Part shown: piece after piece, positions 23,932 through 34,873 of the stretch
Layout: every line of letters starts with the position of its first letter
How positions within the stretch are numbered: position 1 is the stretch's first letter
Assembly: GCF_963921235.1 (NCBI RefSeq)
Contig: NC_086118.1
Location: forward strand, 26,662,001-26,726,000
DNA: 64,000 nucleotides
Direction of reading: 5' to 3'
DNA from: Mobula hypostoma
Taxonomy: Eukaryota
Position numbers and translations under genes: made by a program
The notes under the pieces: model-generated
The model's input: the letters and a program-made list of their open reading frames with translations, nothing else
The model's database searches: none
Told to the model about the DNA's origin: nothing

Positions 23932-24144
23932 CTTGTTACATACACCTGTTAGGGTGCATTCTCCAGTTACCTTATAAGGTAATTGTAGCCTTCAGCCAGG
24001 AGCAGATGTCATCAGGTGGTTCCCAACCTTCACTAAGTGTTTCGACCCTTAACCACGACACTCTCCAGTTGGTGGGCTGGCAGTGGTGGCCAAATCACTG
24101 CCCATCAGCTCCTGGCTTCCAGCTTCCCTCCTCTCGCCTACTCC
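23931..24144 (-). repeat. Direct terminal repeat, 3' copy (214 bp)
   Basis: Matches 27463-27675 with 14 differences by manual alignment; covers the last codons of the ORF and the 3' UTR. Confidence 0.95.
24004..24063 (-). ncRNA. Putative non-circularly permuted hammerhead ribozyme
   Basis: Minus strand GAGTGT-C-GTGGTT aagggtc GAA-ACACTT agtgaaggttggg AACCAC-CTGATGA-catct. Stem III GAGTGT/ACACTT, stem I GTGGTT/AACCAC, full core CUGAUGA, GAAA, GUC; stem II is weak. Confidence 0.7.
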
Positions 24145-27100
24145 AAATCCAACAAGAGGCTCGTTCTGCCTCTTCCCCGCCCCATCCTAAGAGCTACTTG
24201 TTTTTAGCTCCTTTCGTCCAGGCCCAGATCTGACAACAACCGCCATGCTGATTTGGCTGGGAAACCTCTGCAGCCGATCTCCACAGGGAACAACCATGCC
24301 TGCCATCCCTTGTCTTTACACTCCTGCACTAAGGGCTGGTACTTCAAGGCCTTTCTCTCGTGGGCCTCTTCCCATCCCTCCTCCCATGGCACAGTCAGCT
24401 CAATCAGAATTATTTTCTTGTCTTTGGTTGACCACAGTACAATGTCCGAGCGTAGGGTTGTGTGCACCACATCTGGGAACTGCAACCTCCTTCCCACTTC
24501 GACCCTCATCTCCCAGGACCTGGCTGTTAGCAGCAGATTGGGCTTTGGTTGTTTGGTTACGAAAGGCCTAGCTCCCTCTTTGATGAAGGTGATGGCCTTC
24601 CTCAAATCTGTGCCAGCCGTCCTCTTCTTGCATCTCTCTCGCTGTAGTGTGTCAAGCAAGAGCCAGAAGCACCTTATCATGCGCCACCTATACCATCCTT
24701 GAGTTAGAGCTGTTTTACACCCGGACAGTATATGAGCCAGCATCCCCTTTTGACCACAGAGCTTACAGTTCAGGTCCTCTCTCATCGCCCATGTGTACAG
24801 ATGTAATGGTGAAGGAAGGGTGTCATACACGGATCGCAAGAGGAAGGAAATACGGAAGGGCTCCAGTCTCCATAACTCTGCCCATGAGATCTTGCGTTTA
24901 GGCAGATCCCATTTTGTCCAGGCACCCTGGGACCCTTGTTCCACTGCCTTTGAAATCCGCTTCTCTTCTTCACAGATCCGTACTTCTGCCTGTATCATGT
25001 CTCGCCTGTTCCTTATGCTTGCGTTTCCCCAATTCTGGAAGTGAACTGAGCCGAGGCCTTGCCGCCCAATGCAGGGGTTGCCGATGATATCTCGCGGCTT
25101 CAGAGAACACACTGCCTCCTCCACAGCTGCGTTGGTTGCCCACTTGCGCCCAGATCTGGTTGTGATGCCTGCTTGCTTTACCAAGACATCATTGGAATCT
25201 CTCAAGCTTAACAAGGCTCTGCATTTTGCCACCTTGAATTCCTCCACAACAGATGACAGGGGAAGCCCAAGATGCCCAGACCGAATGTAGAGGCCCACTG
25301 AAGAGAAGCTTGGGAGAACTCCCAACCATCTCCGCAGGTGCTTGTTGGTTTTCCTCTTGATGCCCTCCACGACAGTCATGGGGAACTCATAAAGTGTGAA
25401 GAGCCAGAGAAGCCTGGGCAGAATGCCGTATTGGTACAGCCAGGTCTTGAATTTACCCGGAAGTCGGGATTTGTCGATCTTCTTCAGCCATTCGTCTGTC
25501 TGCTTCACAGCATTGGTGACATTGGCCCCATCTGTCAGTGACACATTAAACCGCTTCCCCAAGCATTTTATCGGGTTGTCTTCGATGGAAGGGATGACCT
25601 CACTCTGAACCTGGAGGCTAAATTTTCCCTTTCTGATCACCATGCACCTGGACTTCTTGGCCTTGAAGGACATCCTTGCCCAAGTGGCTACATTGTCCAG
25701 GGTTTCCAATACCCATCTTGCTTGGACATGTGACACAGTTGTTATAGTGATGTCGTTCATGAGCCCTCGTAGGGCCAGCTGAACAATGCCCGACTCCAGT
25801 GTTGGGCCGCGGGTTACATCTTCTGCTGTTGATAATAGGAGGCTCATTCCCATAATAAATAGGATGGGGGAGATGGTGCACCCTTTTGGAATCCCCTTCT
25901 GGAGGTCCTGCCAACCAGTTGTGAAATGGGCTGATGTAAATCTGAGTTTGAGTTCTCCTAGGTAGCTGGTGATCATGTCTCGAACAGCCACTGGGATGTA
26001 GTGGTGGTCGAGTCCTTCTAGGATGAGGTCATATGGAATAGACCCATAGGTGTACGCGAGGTCTGACCAGACAACTGTTAGGTCGCCTTTTTTCTGCTTG
26101 GCCTCATGGATCAAATGGCTAATCATTGAGGTGTGTTCCAGACACCCCGAAAAGCCTGGAATACCGCCTTTCTGGATGGATGTGTTGATATAGCAGTTCT
26201 GCGTCAAGTAAGAAGTCAGCCTTCTTGCGAGCACAAAAAAGAAAATCTTACAGTCCACATCCAAGAGAGAAATTGTCTTAAAGTGGGCAATTGTGGAAGA
26301 AACCTCTTCCTTTGGAATAAAGCATCCCTCTGCCAATTTCCAACTTGATGGAACAGCCCGATTGGTTCCTAGTCCCTGCCCCCTCCATGGGTCGCAGAGT
26401 GCCTCCCGCAGGAATTCCTCTACCTCTGGCTTCGAGCTGGATAGTATACCAGATTTTTGTTGGCTGAGAAGAGTCCTGGTGAAGCTGAATGGATCTCTCA
26501 CAAACTGTGCTCGCCTTTTCTCTCTCTTCCTTCTTTGCTGACGCAGATGTTCCGCCCTCCGGAGTTTGCACAGCTTTTCCCACAGCATACTGGTTAAGTC
26601 CTTGATACCATCTTTTTCGGCCAGTGAGCTGGTTTTAAACCTCTTGTTGAGCCCCTTTAATTCGCCTCTCAAGCAACGAATCTCCGTTTCCCTCCCATTT
26701 GGTTGCCGCGGCAACTCGGGCTGGCTTTTCCGCTCTATTGGGCCAAATCGTTCCTTAGCTAGATTGTACGCTATGGCTGTGAGTCAGTTGAACTTTTTGT
26801 GTACTGGACCTGCTAAGGCAACTTCCAGGATGCCATCTAGATCATCATCGAACTGCATCCAGGCGACATTGTTCTGACGATCTAGGCCATTTGATCCTGT
26901 CTTTCCTTGACGAATGGATTGGGGTAACCGAAGAGGGACTCACTAGGTCTGTTGTTCGGTACTGAGGCGACTCAAGAGCGGAGAGATCTTCAGCTCTGTG
27001 GGGTGCTTCCTGGCTGGAATTCTCCTTCGTCTCACCGGACACTAAGTCCGTGCGCTGCACTTGGGTCACCATTGATCCACATCTAGTCTTGCTCTGGTGT

Positions 27101-27220
27101 ACCTTGAGCCCTCTGATGTTTTAGCAGACTTTCCCACAATGACACCTTACTGTGAATTCCTCTTCGGTCAGTGCTGTTTGCTTTAGCTTCCTCGTAGTCA
27201 TGTTTCCTGTCCTGGCCATT
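24095..27220 (-). pseudogene. Disrupted single ORF of the HERO-type element: zinc finger, RT, CCHC knuckle, RLE nuclease
   Basis: N-terminal CHCGKVC*NIRGLKVHQSKTRC (~27080-27143). RT motifs QKGGIPGFSGCLEH, QKGIPKGCTISPILF and a mutated active site (LMND). CKLCGQKGMLAHILSGC knuckle. RLE RSDIVLW...IELTVPWEE...PVEIGCRGF. After a frameshift the C-terminus reads EAERASCWIWSRREEGSWKPGADGQ* (stop 24095-24097). Confidence 0.9.
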
Positions 27221-27462
27221 GCCGGTATGACCGTCCTGTTGAGTCTCTCATCCTCCCCTGCTCTCGGGAGACTCTGGGGGTATTGCTCTTTGTGTTCAAT
27301 CGTAGCTTGAGTGGTGCCCTCTTGCGAGTGCTGCCCACAAGGTTGCTAGCCTTGTGAGCCCGTGCCAATTTTTCCTGGAGATCAGCTGTCTCTCCAGCGT
27401 CACTGACCTTCCTCGGTTGCCATCCAGTCTTTCCTGTAAGTCACTGGTACAAACCAGAGATT

Positions 27463-27675
27463 ACTTGTTACATACACCTGTTAGGGTGCATTCTCCAGTT
27501 ACCTTATAAGGTAACCATAGCCTTCAGCCAGGAGCAGATGTTATCAGGTGGTTCCCAACCTTCACCGAGTGTTTCAACCATTAACCACACACTCTCCAGC
27601 TGGTGGGCCGGCAGTGGTGGCCAAATCACTGCCTATCTGCTCCTGGCTTCCAGCTTCCCTCCTCACGCCTACTCC
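27463..27675 (-). repeat. Direct terminal repeat, 5' copy (213 bp)
   Basis: Matches 23931-24144. Confidence 0.95.
27536..27594 (-). ncRNA. Second, mutated copy of the permuted hammerhead
   Basis: GAGTGT-(C missing)-GTGGTT aatggtt GAA-ACACTC ... AACCAC-CTGATAA. Stems are intact; the cleavage-site C is absent and core G8 is changed to A. Confidence 0.55.
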
Positions 27676-27974
27676 TTTGGATCTAATCTTAGCCAAATAA
27701 TCATCCAAAAATAGATCAACTTAATAATCAATTCCAAAATCCCCCAAATTTTTCCATTATGTGATGATCCAAGCTGCTCATCATGCCTGCAGGGTGCACG
27801 ATCGCATTCACTTAGGTATTTGATATTTGCTTCAAGCACTTAAGGATTTAAAGGCACACTTCCAAAGATGTCCTTTGTGATTGAGATTCTACGACTAGAT
27901 CTGCATCTACTGGGCAGGCTGCTTTTGCATACTGTATCCCTTCCAGCATATAGTTTCAAAGTTCACTCACGTTC

Positions 27975-28515
27975 CGACAATTTCCTCAGGAGGCTAAAGA
28001 AATTTGGCATGTCCCCGTCGACTCTTACCAATTTTTATTGGTGAACCAAAGAAAGTATTCTGCTTGGTATGGCAACTGCAGTGAGTTGTGGACATAGCTC
28101 AACACATCACAGGAACCAACTTCCCTTCTGTGGCCTCTATCTATACTTCTTGCTGGCTCACGAAAGGAACCAACATAATCAAAGACCCTACCCCAGACCT
28201 ACTCATCTTCTCTCCTCTCCCATTGGGCAGGAGATACAAAAGCCTGCAATCAGGTACCTCCAGTCTAAAGGCCAGCTTCTATCTCACTATTACCAGACTC
28301 TTGTTTGATAAGATGGAGTCCTGGACTCTCAATCAACCTCGTTATGATCTTGCACTTTATCGTTTACCTGTAGTGCATGTTTTTGATAGCTGTCACATTT
28401 TCTTCCACATTACTGTTTTACCTTACTCTAGCTCACTGTACTGTGTCATGATTTGATCTGCATAAGCAATTTGTAAGACAAGCTTTTCAATGTTTCTTGT
28501 GAAATGTGACAATAA
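27975..28515 (+). mobile_element. Rex1/Babar-type LINE 3' fragment
   Basis: AQHITGTNFPSVASIY...IIKDP...FSPLPLGRRYKSL...LKASFY. Confidence 0.75.
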
Positions 28516-29870
28516 CTATAAAATACGTACACCAGGATGTTTCCAATCATTAACTCAATGTTTGTGCACTTTGCTCAAAAGAGATTTGGGGGAAAGCAAA
28601 GTATGGTGCATCAATAAACTATATCTGTAAAACATAATCACCATTGTACAACTGGTGAGAATACAGATCTCAACATATCATCTTCCCTCCAATTACCTGA
28701 ATGGGTGCAAAGATTTTCTTACAGTTTTTGTTCCAGTAGGCAGTGTCAATACAAAAACTCCTGGGACTGACGTCAATGTCGTTCCACAATCTACAATCAC
28801 TAAATCAATTAAACTCCTTCACCTGCATGACTTCGTCTCAGTTCGTCTGTTTTCTATCTTCTGTGGTCTGCTGCTTTATACTTGAATTGAAGGCCTACAG
28901 TGTCCAAAGCACTGTCTGCCAAACTACTACTGTGATCTCTGTGCTTTGCAGTTTCTTGCTTCTTCTCTCTCTCATTAAAGTTAGTGGTTTCTACCTTTTG
29001 AAGCAAAGAAGCATCTGTACTGTTTATCTGCTCAAGCTTTATTTCTTTACACAACTATGTCACGGAGTCATAGAGTAGTTCATCTCATTCTCAAAACCTC
29101 TGTCAAAGATCCACCATTGGTTTCTTGGCCCATACTGTTTTCAGACCAATCTCCTAGCTCCTTTCCTATCCAGTCCCTGAGAGCTTTGCTGCCTCTCAGA
29201 TCTGAGGCCATCTTTCCTACACACCTATATTTGGATCCCTTCAGTCTTGCCACTATACTAAAATAATCCTTTCAAGGCTACAAATGACATTCTGACTGAC
29301 CTGGCAGCTATCTACAACACAGCTGACTACTAAAGCCTCCACCACACCTCCACACTTAAGATGGGTTGACCACTATTGGTTCCGTTTCTTAGTTATCAGA
29401 TTCTTGCCTGATAATCACCCATGACATCTCTTCCCACTTCAAGATTCTATCCTTGTCACCTTCCAACTTCTCATGGCAAAATCTGGTAAGTTGGTAAGTT
29501 GATGGAGAAGATCCCGAGAGGCAGGATTTGTGAACATTTGGAGAGGCATAATATGATTAGGAATAGTCAGCCTGGCTTTGTGAAAGGCAGGTCGTGCCTT
29601 TCGAGCAATGTTCCCTCTAATTTTTAGTAGCCAGTGTGCGCAAAAATCTTATGTTGTGCAAGTTTTTTTCCTGTGACAAAAGTATGTGCGCACTGAATGC
29701 ACGCATGGCACAGTTTATGTAGGTTTACAAAATATTTGACATAAAACTGCACCAAATAACAACAAAATAATATATTTAAGTCACTCAGTTATTTTTTCTC
29801 TCCCTTGTCTTTGGCATTTACCCATTCTTTGTAAACTCTATCTAGACTAATAGAACTTCCATCCAATTGA

Positions 29871-30512
29871 TATGGTCTTACTCTCAAAGGGTATTTCACA
29901 TTTGAAGATGTCTTGTAGGACATTATGTATCCCATTCCAATAGTCTTTGATAACAGGGCATTCCCAGAAAATATGATAATGGTTAGCATTTTGATTTCCA
30001 CAATTTCTCCAGCAAACAGGGGGGTTATATATTTTGGGTATATACCTCAAGGCTGGTTGAAAAGAGATAAATATTGAATGAATGTACTGCTGGTGGCTGA
30101 TAAAAAGACCTTACCAGGAAATGGTTATCACAGGAAAGCCCAACTCTAAATGTATGGATTGAAATTACAATGGATATTTACAAAATGAAGATAACAGCAT
30201 CTATTAATCATAAGTTGGAACAATTTTATTCATACTGGAAAAAATGGTTTAACTATATAACACCTCAAAGGCCTGATTATATTCTCACAAGTCAGTGAAT
30301 ATGTTGTTAAAAAAAAAATCACTCCCTACTCTGTACATAGTTTCTTCTTTCGATTGTTCTTTCTTTCCTCTCCTTTCTATCAGATAAATATTATGTGGGG
30401 ATTTGTGACAAATATGATTATATAATATATATGTACAGTATCTGAAATACATCTTATGGAAATATTTGATGATGAAATTCAATAAAAAATAAATTACAAA
30501 AAAAAAACAAAA
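29871..30512 (+). mobile_element. L1-clade 3' fragment with a 5' inversion
   Basis: 29871-30026 (minus) encodes CWRNCGNQNANHYHIFWECP...FESKTI; from ~30027 the plus strand continues YFGYIPQGW...RKW...YWKKW, then aataaa and a poly(A) tail. Confidence 0.8.
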
Positions 30513-30661
30513 AGAAAAACTTGGACAGGTACATGGATGAGAGGTGTATGGAGGGATATGGTCCAGCTGCAGGTCAGTGGGACTAGGCAGAAAAATGGTT
30601 CGGCACAGCCAAGAAGGGCCAAAAGGCCTGTTTCTGTGCTGTAATGTTCTATGGTCCTATG
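30513..30661 (+). mobile_element. Very short CR1 3' end
   Basis: ttggacaggtacatggatg...ctgtgctgtaatgttctatggtcctatg. Confidence 0.8.
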
Positions 30662-33479
30662 ATAGCTTTTGATTCTCATTAACATATCCAAATAACATTC
30701 ACCTAAACAGTTTCTCAGCTTGTTTTTGAGTTGATTCATTAGGCTAAAATCTTGCTCACAGTCCACACTAGACACAAAAAAGGTTCCCCCAATGTCCATC
30801 AACTGTGCATGGTTGCAAAACTGTTCATTTTGAAGTACAAATGCCACCATTTGAGCAAAGTTTGAAATCAGTTTGGATTTAATTTTTTCTTGCATGGAAA
30901 ATTTGAAATCATTAAACTGTCTAACTATTACAGTATTTTCAGCTAGAAAATCATGATATTTTAGACATAAGGCATTAACTTGTTCATCGCCAAACGTGAA
31001 GTCACAATCTGCAATTGCAGAGAAATCAAAAGCTGACCATTCTTGTACATCATCTTCAGGAAACCTTTCTTCTAAATGAACACAAAGACTATTTATAAAA
31101 GTCAACAGCGAACTTATATCTACTATGATGTTTCCTTCACGTTGTTGGCTTAGCAAAACTTTAAATTTGTCACTCCACAAAACATTGTCTCCCGGATCCT
31201 GGAACAGGAAAGGTGAGGTGATGTAAATTAGTGGCGTGCATTGTGGTATTTGAAAAACCGACTAACTAGTTAACAGAAACATTTAGCTGAAAGATTATTT
31301 TCAATAAGTATAATTATTAATTACTACATTACTTTAGGTAACTAACCTTTTGTGCGCACATTAATTTCCTTTGTGCGCTGGTTGAAAAACGTGTGTGCGC
31401 ACGCACACGCACACAGCTTAGAGGGAACATAGCTTACGAGCCTGATTGAATTTTTTGAGGATGTGACTGAACACACTGATGATGGTAGGGCAGTAGATGT
31501 AGTGTATATGGATTTCAGCAAGGCATTTGACAAGGTACCCCATGCAAAGCTTATTGAGAAAGTAAGAAGGCATGGGATACAAGGGGACATTGCTTTGTGG
31601 ATCCAGAACTGGCTTGCCTACAGAAGGCAAAGAGTGGTGGTAGATGGGTCATATTCTGCATGGAGGTCAGTGACCAGTGGTGTACCTCAGGGATCTGTTC
31701 TGGGACCCCTACTCTTTGTGATTTTTATAAATGACCTGGATGAGGAAGTGGAGGGATGGGTTAGTAAATTTGCTGATGATGCAAAGGTTGGGGGTGTTGT
31801 GGATAGTGTGGAGGGCTGTCAGAGGTTACAGTGGGATATTGAAAGGATGCAAAACTGGACTGAGAAGTGGCCGATGGAGTTCAACCCAGATAAGCGTGAG
31901 CTGGTTCATTTTGGTAGATCAAATATGATGACAGAATATAGTATTAATGATAAGACTCTTGGCAGTGTGGAGGATCAGAGGGATCTTGGGGTCCGAGTCC
32001 ATAGGACACTCAATGCTGCTGCGCAGGTTGACTCGGTGGTTAAGAAAGCATACGGTGCATTGGCCTTCATCAATTGTGGGATTGAGTTTAGGAGCTGAGA
32101 GGTAATGTTGCAGCTATATAGGACCCTGGTCAGACCCCACTTGCAGTACTGTGCTCAGTTCTGGTCACCTCATTACAGGAAGGATGTGGAAGCCATAGAA
32201 AGGGTGCAGAGGAGATTTACAAGGATGTTGTCAGGATTGGAGAGCATGCCTTATGAGATTAGGTTGAGTGAACTCGGCCGTTTTTCCTTGGAGCGACGGA
32301 GGATGAGAGGTGACCTGCTAGAGGTGTATAAGATGATGAGAGGCATTGATCATGTGGATAGTCAGAGGCTTTTTCCCCAGAACTGAAATGGCTAACACGA
32401 GAGGGCATGTTTTTAAGGTGCTTGGAAGTAGGTACAAAGGAGATGTCAGGAGTAAGTTTTTTTACACAGAGAGTGGTGAGTGCGTGGAATGGGCTGCCGA
32501 CAACAGTGGTGGAGGCAGATACAATAGGGTCTTTTAAGAGACTCCTGGACTGGTACATGGAGCTCAGAAAAGTAGAGGGCTATGGGTAGCCCTATGTAAT
32601 TTCTAAGCTAAGGACATATTCGGCTCAGCTTTGTGGGCCGAAGGGCCTGTATTGTGCTGTAGCTTTTCTATGTTTGTATGTTTCTAAAATCTCTTGGAGA
32701 AACAGAACAAATACCACATGTTTACCAGTAACAGTCAGCTCAACCTCACCATTTGACATCCCACGGTTTTAATGCTCAGTAATTTCCTACAACTAGGTAT
32801 GTGGAGGTTGGTTTGTCTTTGGATAATTTAACAGACTTAGTTTCCAAGTAAACCTCCGAAGCTAAGCTAGACCATTTGAAAGTCTGATGTTTTACTTAGA
32901 GCATGTGTTTTTGTTTGAATTTCCATTTCCTCACAAAGTTGCTGAAATCCCCCTCTGCTGCTTTTGTTACTCAGATGGTTCTCCTATATTTCCCCCTCTA
33001 TAAAATTCAGCCCATTCATAATCCTGATGCCTGTGATCTAATTCAGTCTGAATCTTGTTCAACAGAAACTGCAAGCTTCCTGGCCTACATTGGCTCCAGT
33101 TCTGAAAGCACCTTGATTTTCAGATCCTTGCCCTTGTTTGCAAGTCCTTCTGTGCCACAATTTTATTCCCAACCACCCCTATTCTCTCTTCCTTAACTTT
33201 TTCCAGTCGATCTCTATCTTACACTTACCCAATTCTGGCATTTGGTATGTCCATGATTTTAATCACTTCACCACTGGGGGCCCAGCTTTTCAGCTGACTA
33301 AAGCTGATAGTGAAGAGGTTTAGCTGCTGATCTCCTCATGAGACCAGTTTAAGCAAAGAGCTGTTACAATTAATTACTACTTTTTCCTTTTCTACCTTAG
33401 GATCGATCCCTAACCAGTTCCCAACACAAACCTTACAATCCTATAGGGCTCTGTTTCATAAATTAGCCTATCATCTTGA

Positions 33480-34290
33480 CTTCTGGTCAAGATGGCGCCA
33501 GTGTACAACGCTCCCTCAGATGACATTGTCAAGATAGCCCACAGAAAAGTCTTTTTTATTTCTTTTACATCTATTTTTCACCTTTAATGTGTTTCTGGGA
33601 CTGTTAGAGCCTGCGATTTACAGTTTGGAGGACAATTGAGTGATCCGGTGGTTTGCTGGCTCCTAGTAGATTCTGGGAAGCAAGCGCATACTCAGATGGC
33701 CTTTATACAAAGAAACTTCAAGGTAGGGCGTGAGCTGATGTTCAACTCCATCTTGCCAATTAAAGAGTGCATTAATCACCAATTAAAATGTTGAGACATG
33801 GAGGCGAATGTGGAAGCTGAGCAAGAGTTCAGCACCGACTGACTTCCTTTTGATCGCTGCCGAAGAGTGCTGTGTGGCTCGCTGTGGCAGGAGGGTAGGC
33901 CTCTCTGCCTCGTGTGGTGTCCCTCCCTCTCTTTCGATGAATGTCGGTGATATCATGGTTCTGTGTTTATGGATTGGACAGTTGCGTTTATGGACTTTAT
34001 GACTCATTCAGACTGTGGTTTTTTGTATTCTTTGTTTTTATATCGCCCATTCCTTTTCTGTTTGTTGTGTGAGGGGAGGCTGTTTGAGGGTTTAATGTTC
34101 TGTTTAATCCTGTTAGTTTTTTTGTGTGAAGGAGGGGTTGTATTATGGAGGTTGATGTTCCTGTTTTGTTTCGTGCAGGGGGGCTGTTGGGGGTTTGATG
34201 TTTCTCTCAGAATGACTTTCATATTCTCTCTGTTTCATGGCTATCTGGAGAAGAAAAAATTTCAGAGCTGTATGGACACATGCTTTGATA
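33480..34290 (+). mobile_element. Non-autonomous LINE-derived element
   Basis: Starts with caagatggcgcc; ends tgataataaatgaacctttgaacc; no credible ORF. Confidence 0.55.
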
Positions 34291-34873
34291 ATAAATGAAC
34301 CTTTGAACCATGTGTCATTCTGTTACAGCATTTAGAAAAAGAGGCTTTTTCATCCTCCAGTCTAATTAATAGCTCATGAAAATTCAGCCATATTACTGGA
34401 ACTGGACTGGGCACTAATTACCCTTTCCTGTTCAGGGTAACTCCATTATCCTGTCTAGGAACTAGGCAACAGCTTGTCAAGTTTATCAACCTGTAATGTC
34501 CTCAAGCAGAAAATGCTATACAACTCACAACTGTGTTGTTATAACTCAAATACCTTATGTGTCTGACATTCTTTTCGAATATTGGTACAACACTTATCAT
34601 TCCAAATCTTTTAAAGTGCCCTTTTACTAGAAAGCAAGCTGTTAACGTAGCATATTTAATATTCCTGTAATGTTTGAGTAATATTATAAATATACCGTTT
34701 AATTAAGCAATTTTGTAATTTACATTATTTATTATGGGTTATATGCAAGATGTATGTGATTGGCATATGCTATTACATCATCAGGTCAAATGTGAGCGCC
34801 TCAATAAAAGAAAACTAAGTAGACAAAACATATCCCTGGCTCTCATGTTTTTCTTTTTGAAGTTACAGAACAT

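Larger units (their letters stand above)
23931..27675 (-). mobile_element. HERO-type (R2 group, RT + restriction-like endonuclease) non-LTR retrotransposon with direct terminal repeats
   Basis: One 3532-bp unit plus a 213-bp extra copy of its own 3' end; bounded by a 35/36-bp TSD; no poly(A) or microsatellite tail. Confidence 0.9.
29606..31432 (-). mobile_element. hAT DNA transposon (internally deleted) with transposase C-terminus
   Basis: TIRs CAATGTTCCCTCTAA and TTAGAGGGAACATAG; 8-bp TSD ctttcgag (29598-29605) / cttacgag (31433-31440). SSVDCEQDFSLMNQLKNKLRN...MLMRIKSY continues as QLDGSSISLDRVY below 29870. Confidence 0.9.
29485..32685 (+). mobile_element. CR1 LINE (RT to 3' end) interrupted by a hAT transposon
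   Basis: [33 protein letters not shown]; tail ctatgtttgtatgtttct; TSD aaaatct at 29478-29484 and 32686-32692. Confidence 0.92.
28650..33310 (+). mobile_element. Highly degenerate L2-like LINE interrupted by CR1
   Basis: Remnants such as ttcagaccaatctcc and ttcaaggctacaaatgacattctg (KVTNDIL-like) before 29480, continuing after 32690. Confidence 0.45.

Noticed and set aside
23931..27675. LTR retrotransposon or DIRS interpretation of the direct repeats
   Set aside because: No TG...CA ends, PBS, integrase or tyrosine recombinase; the repeat begins inside the ORF; the protein is RT plus RLE.
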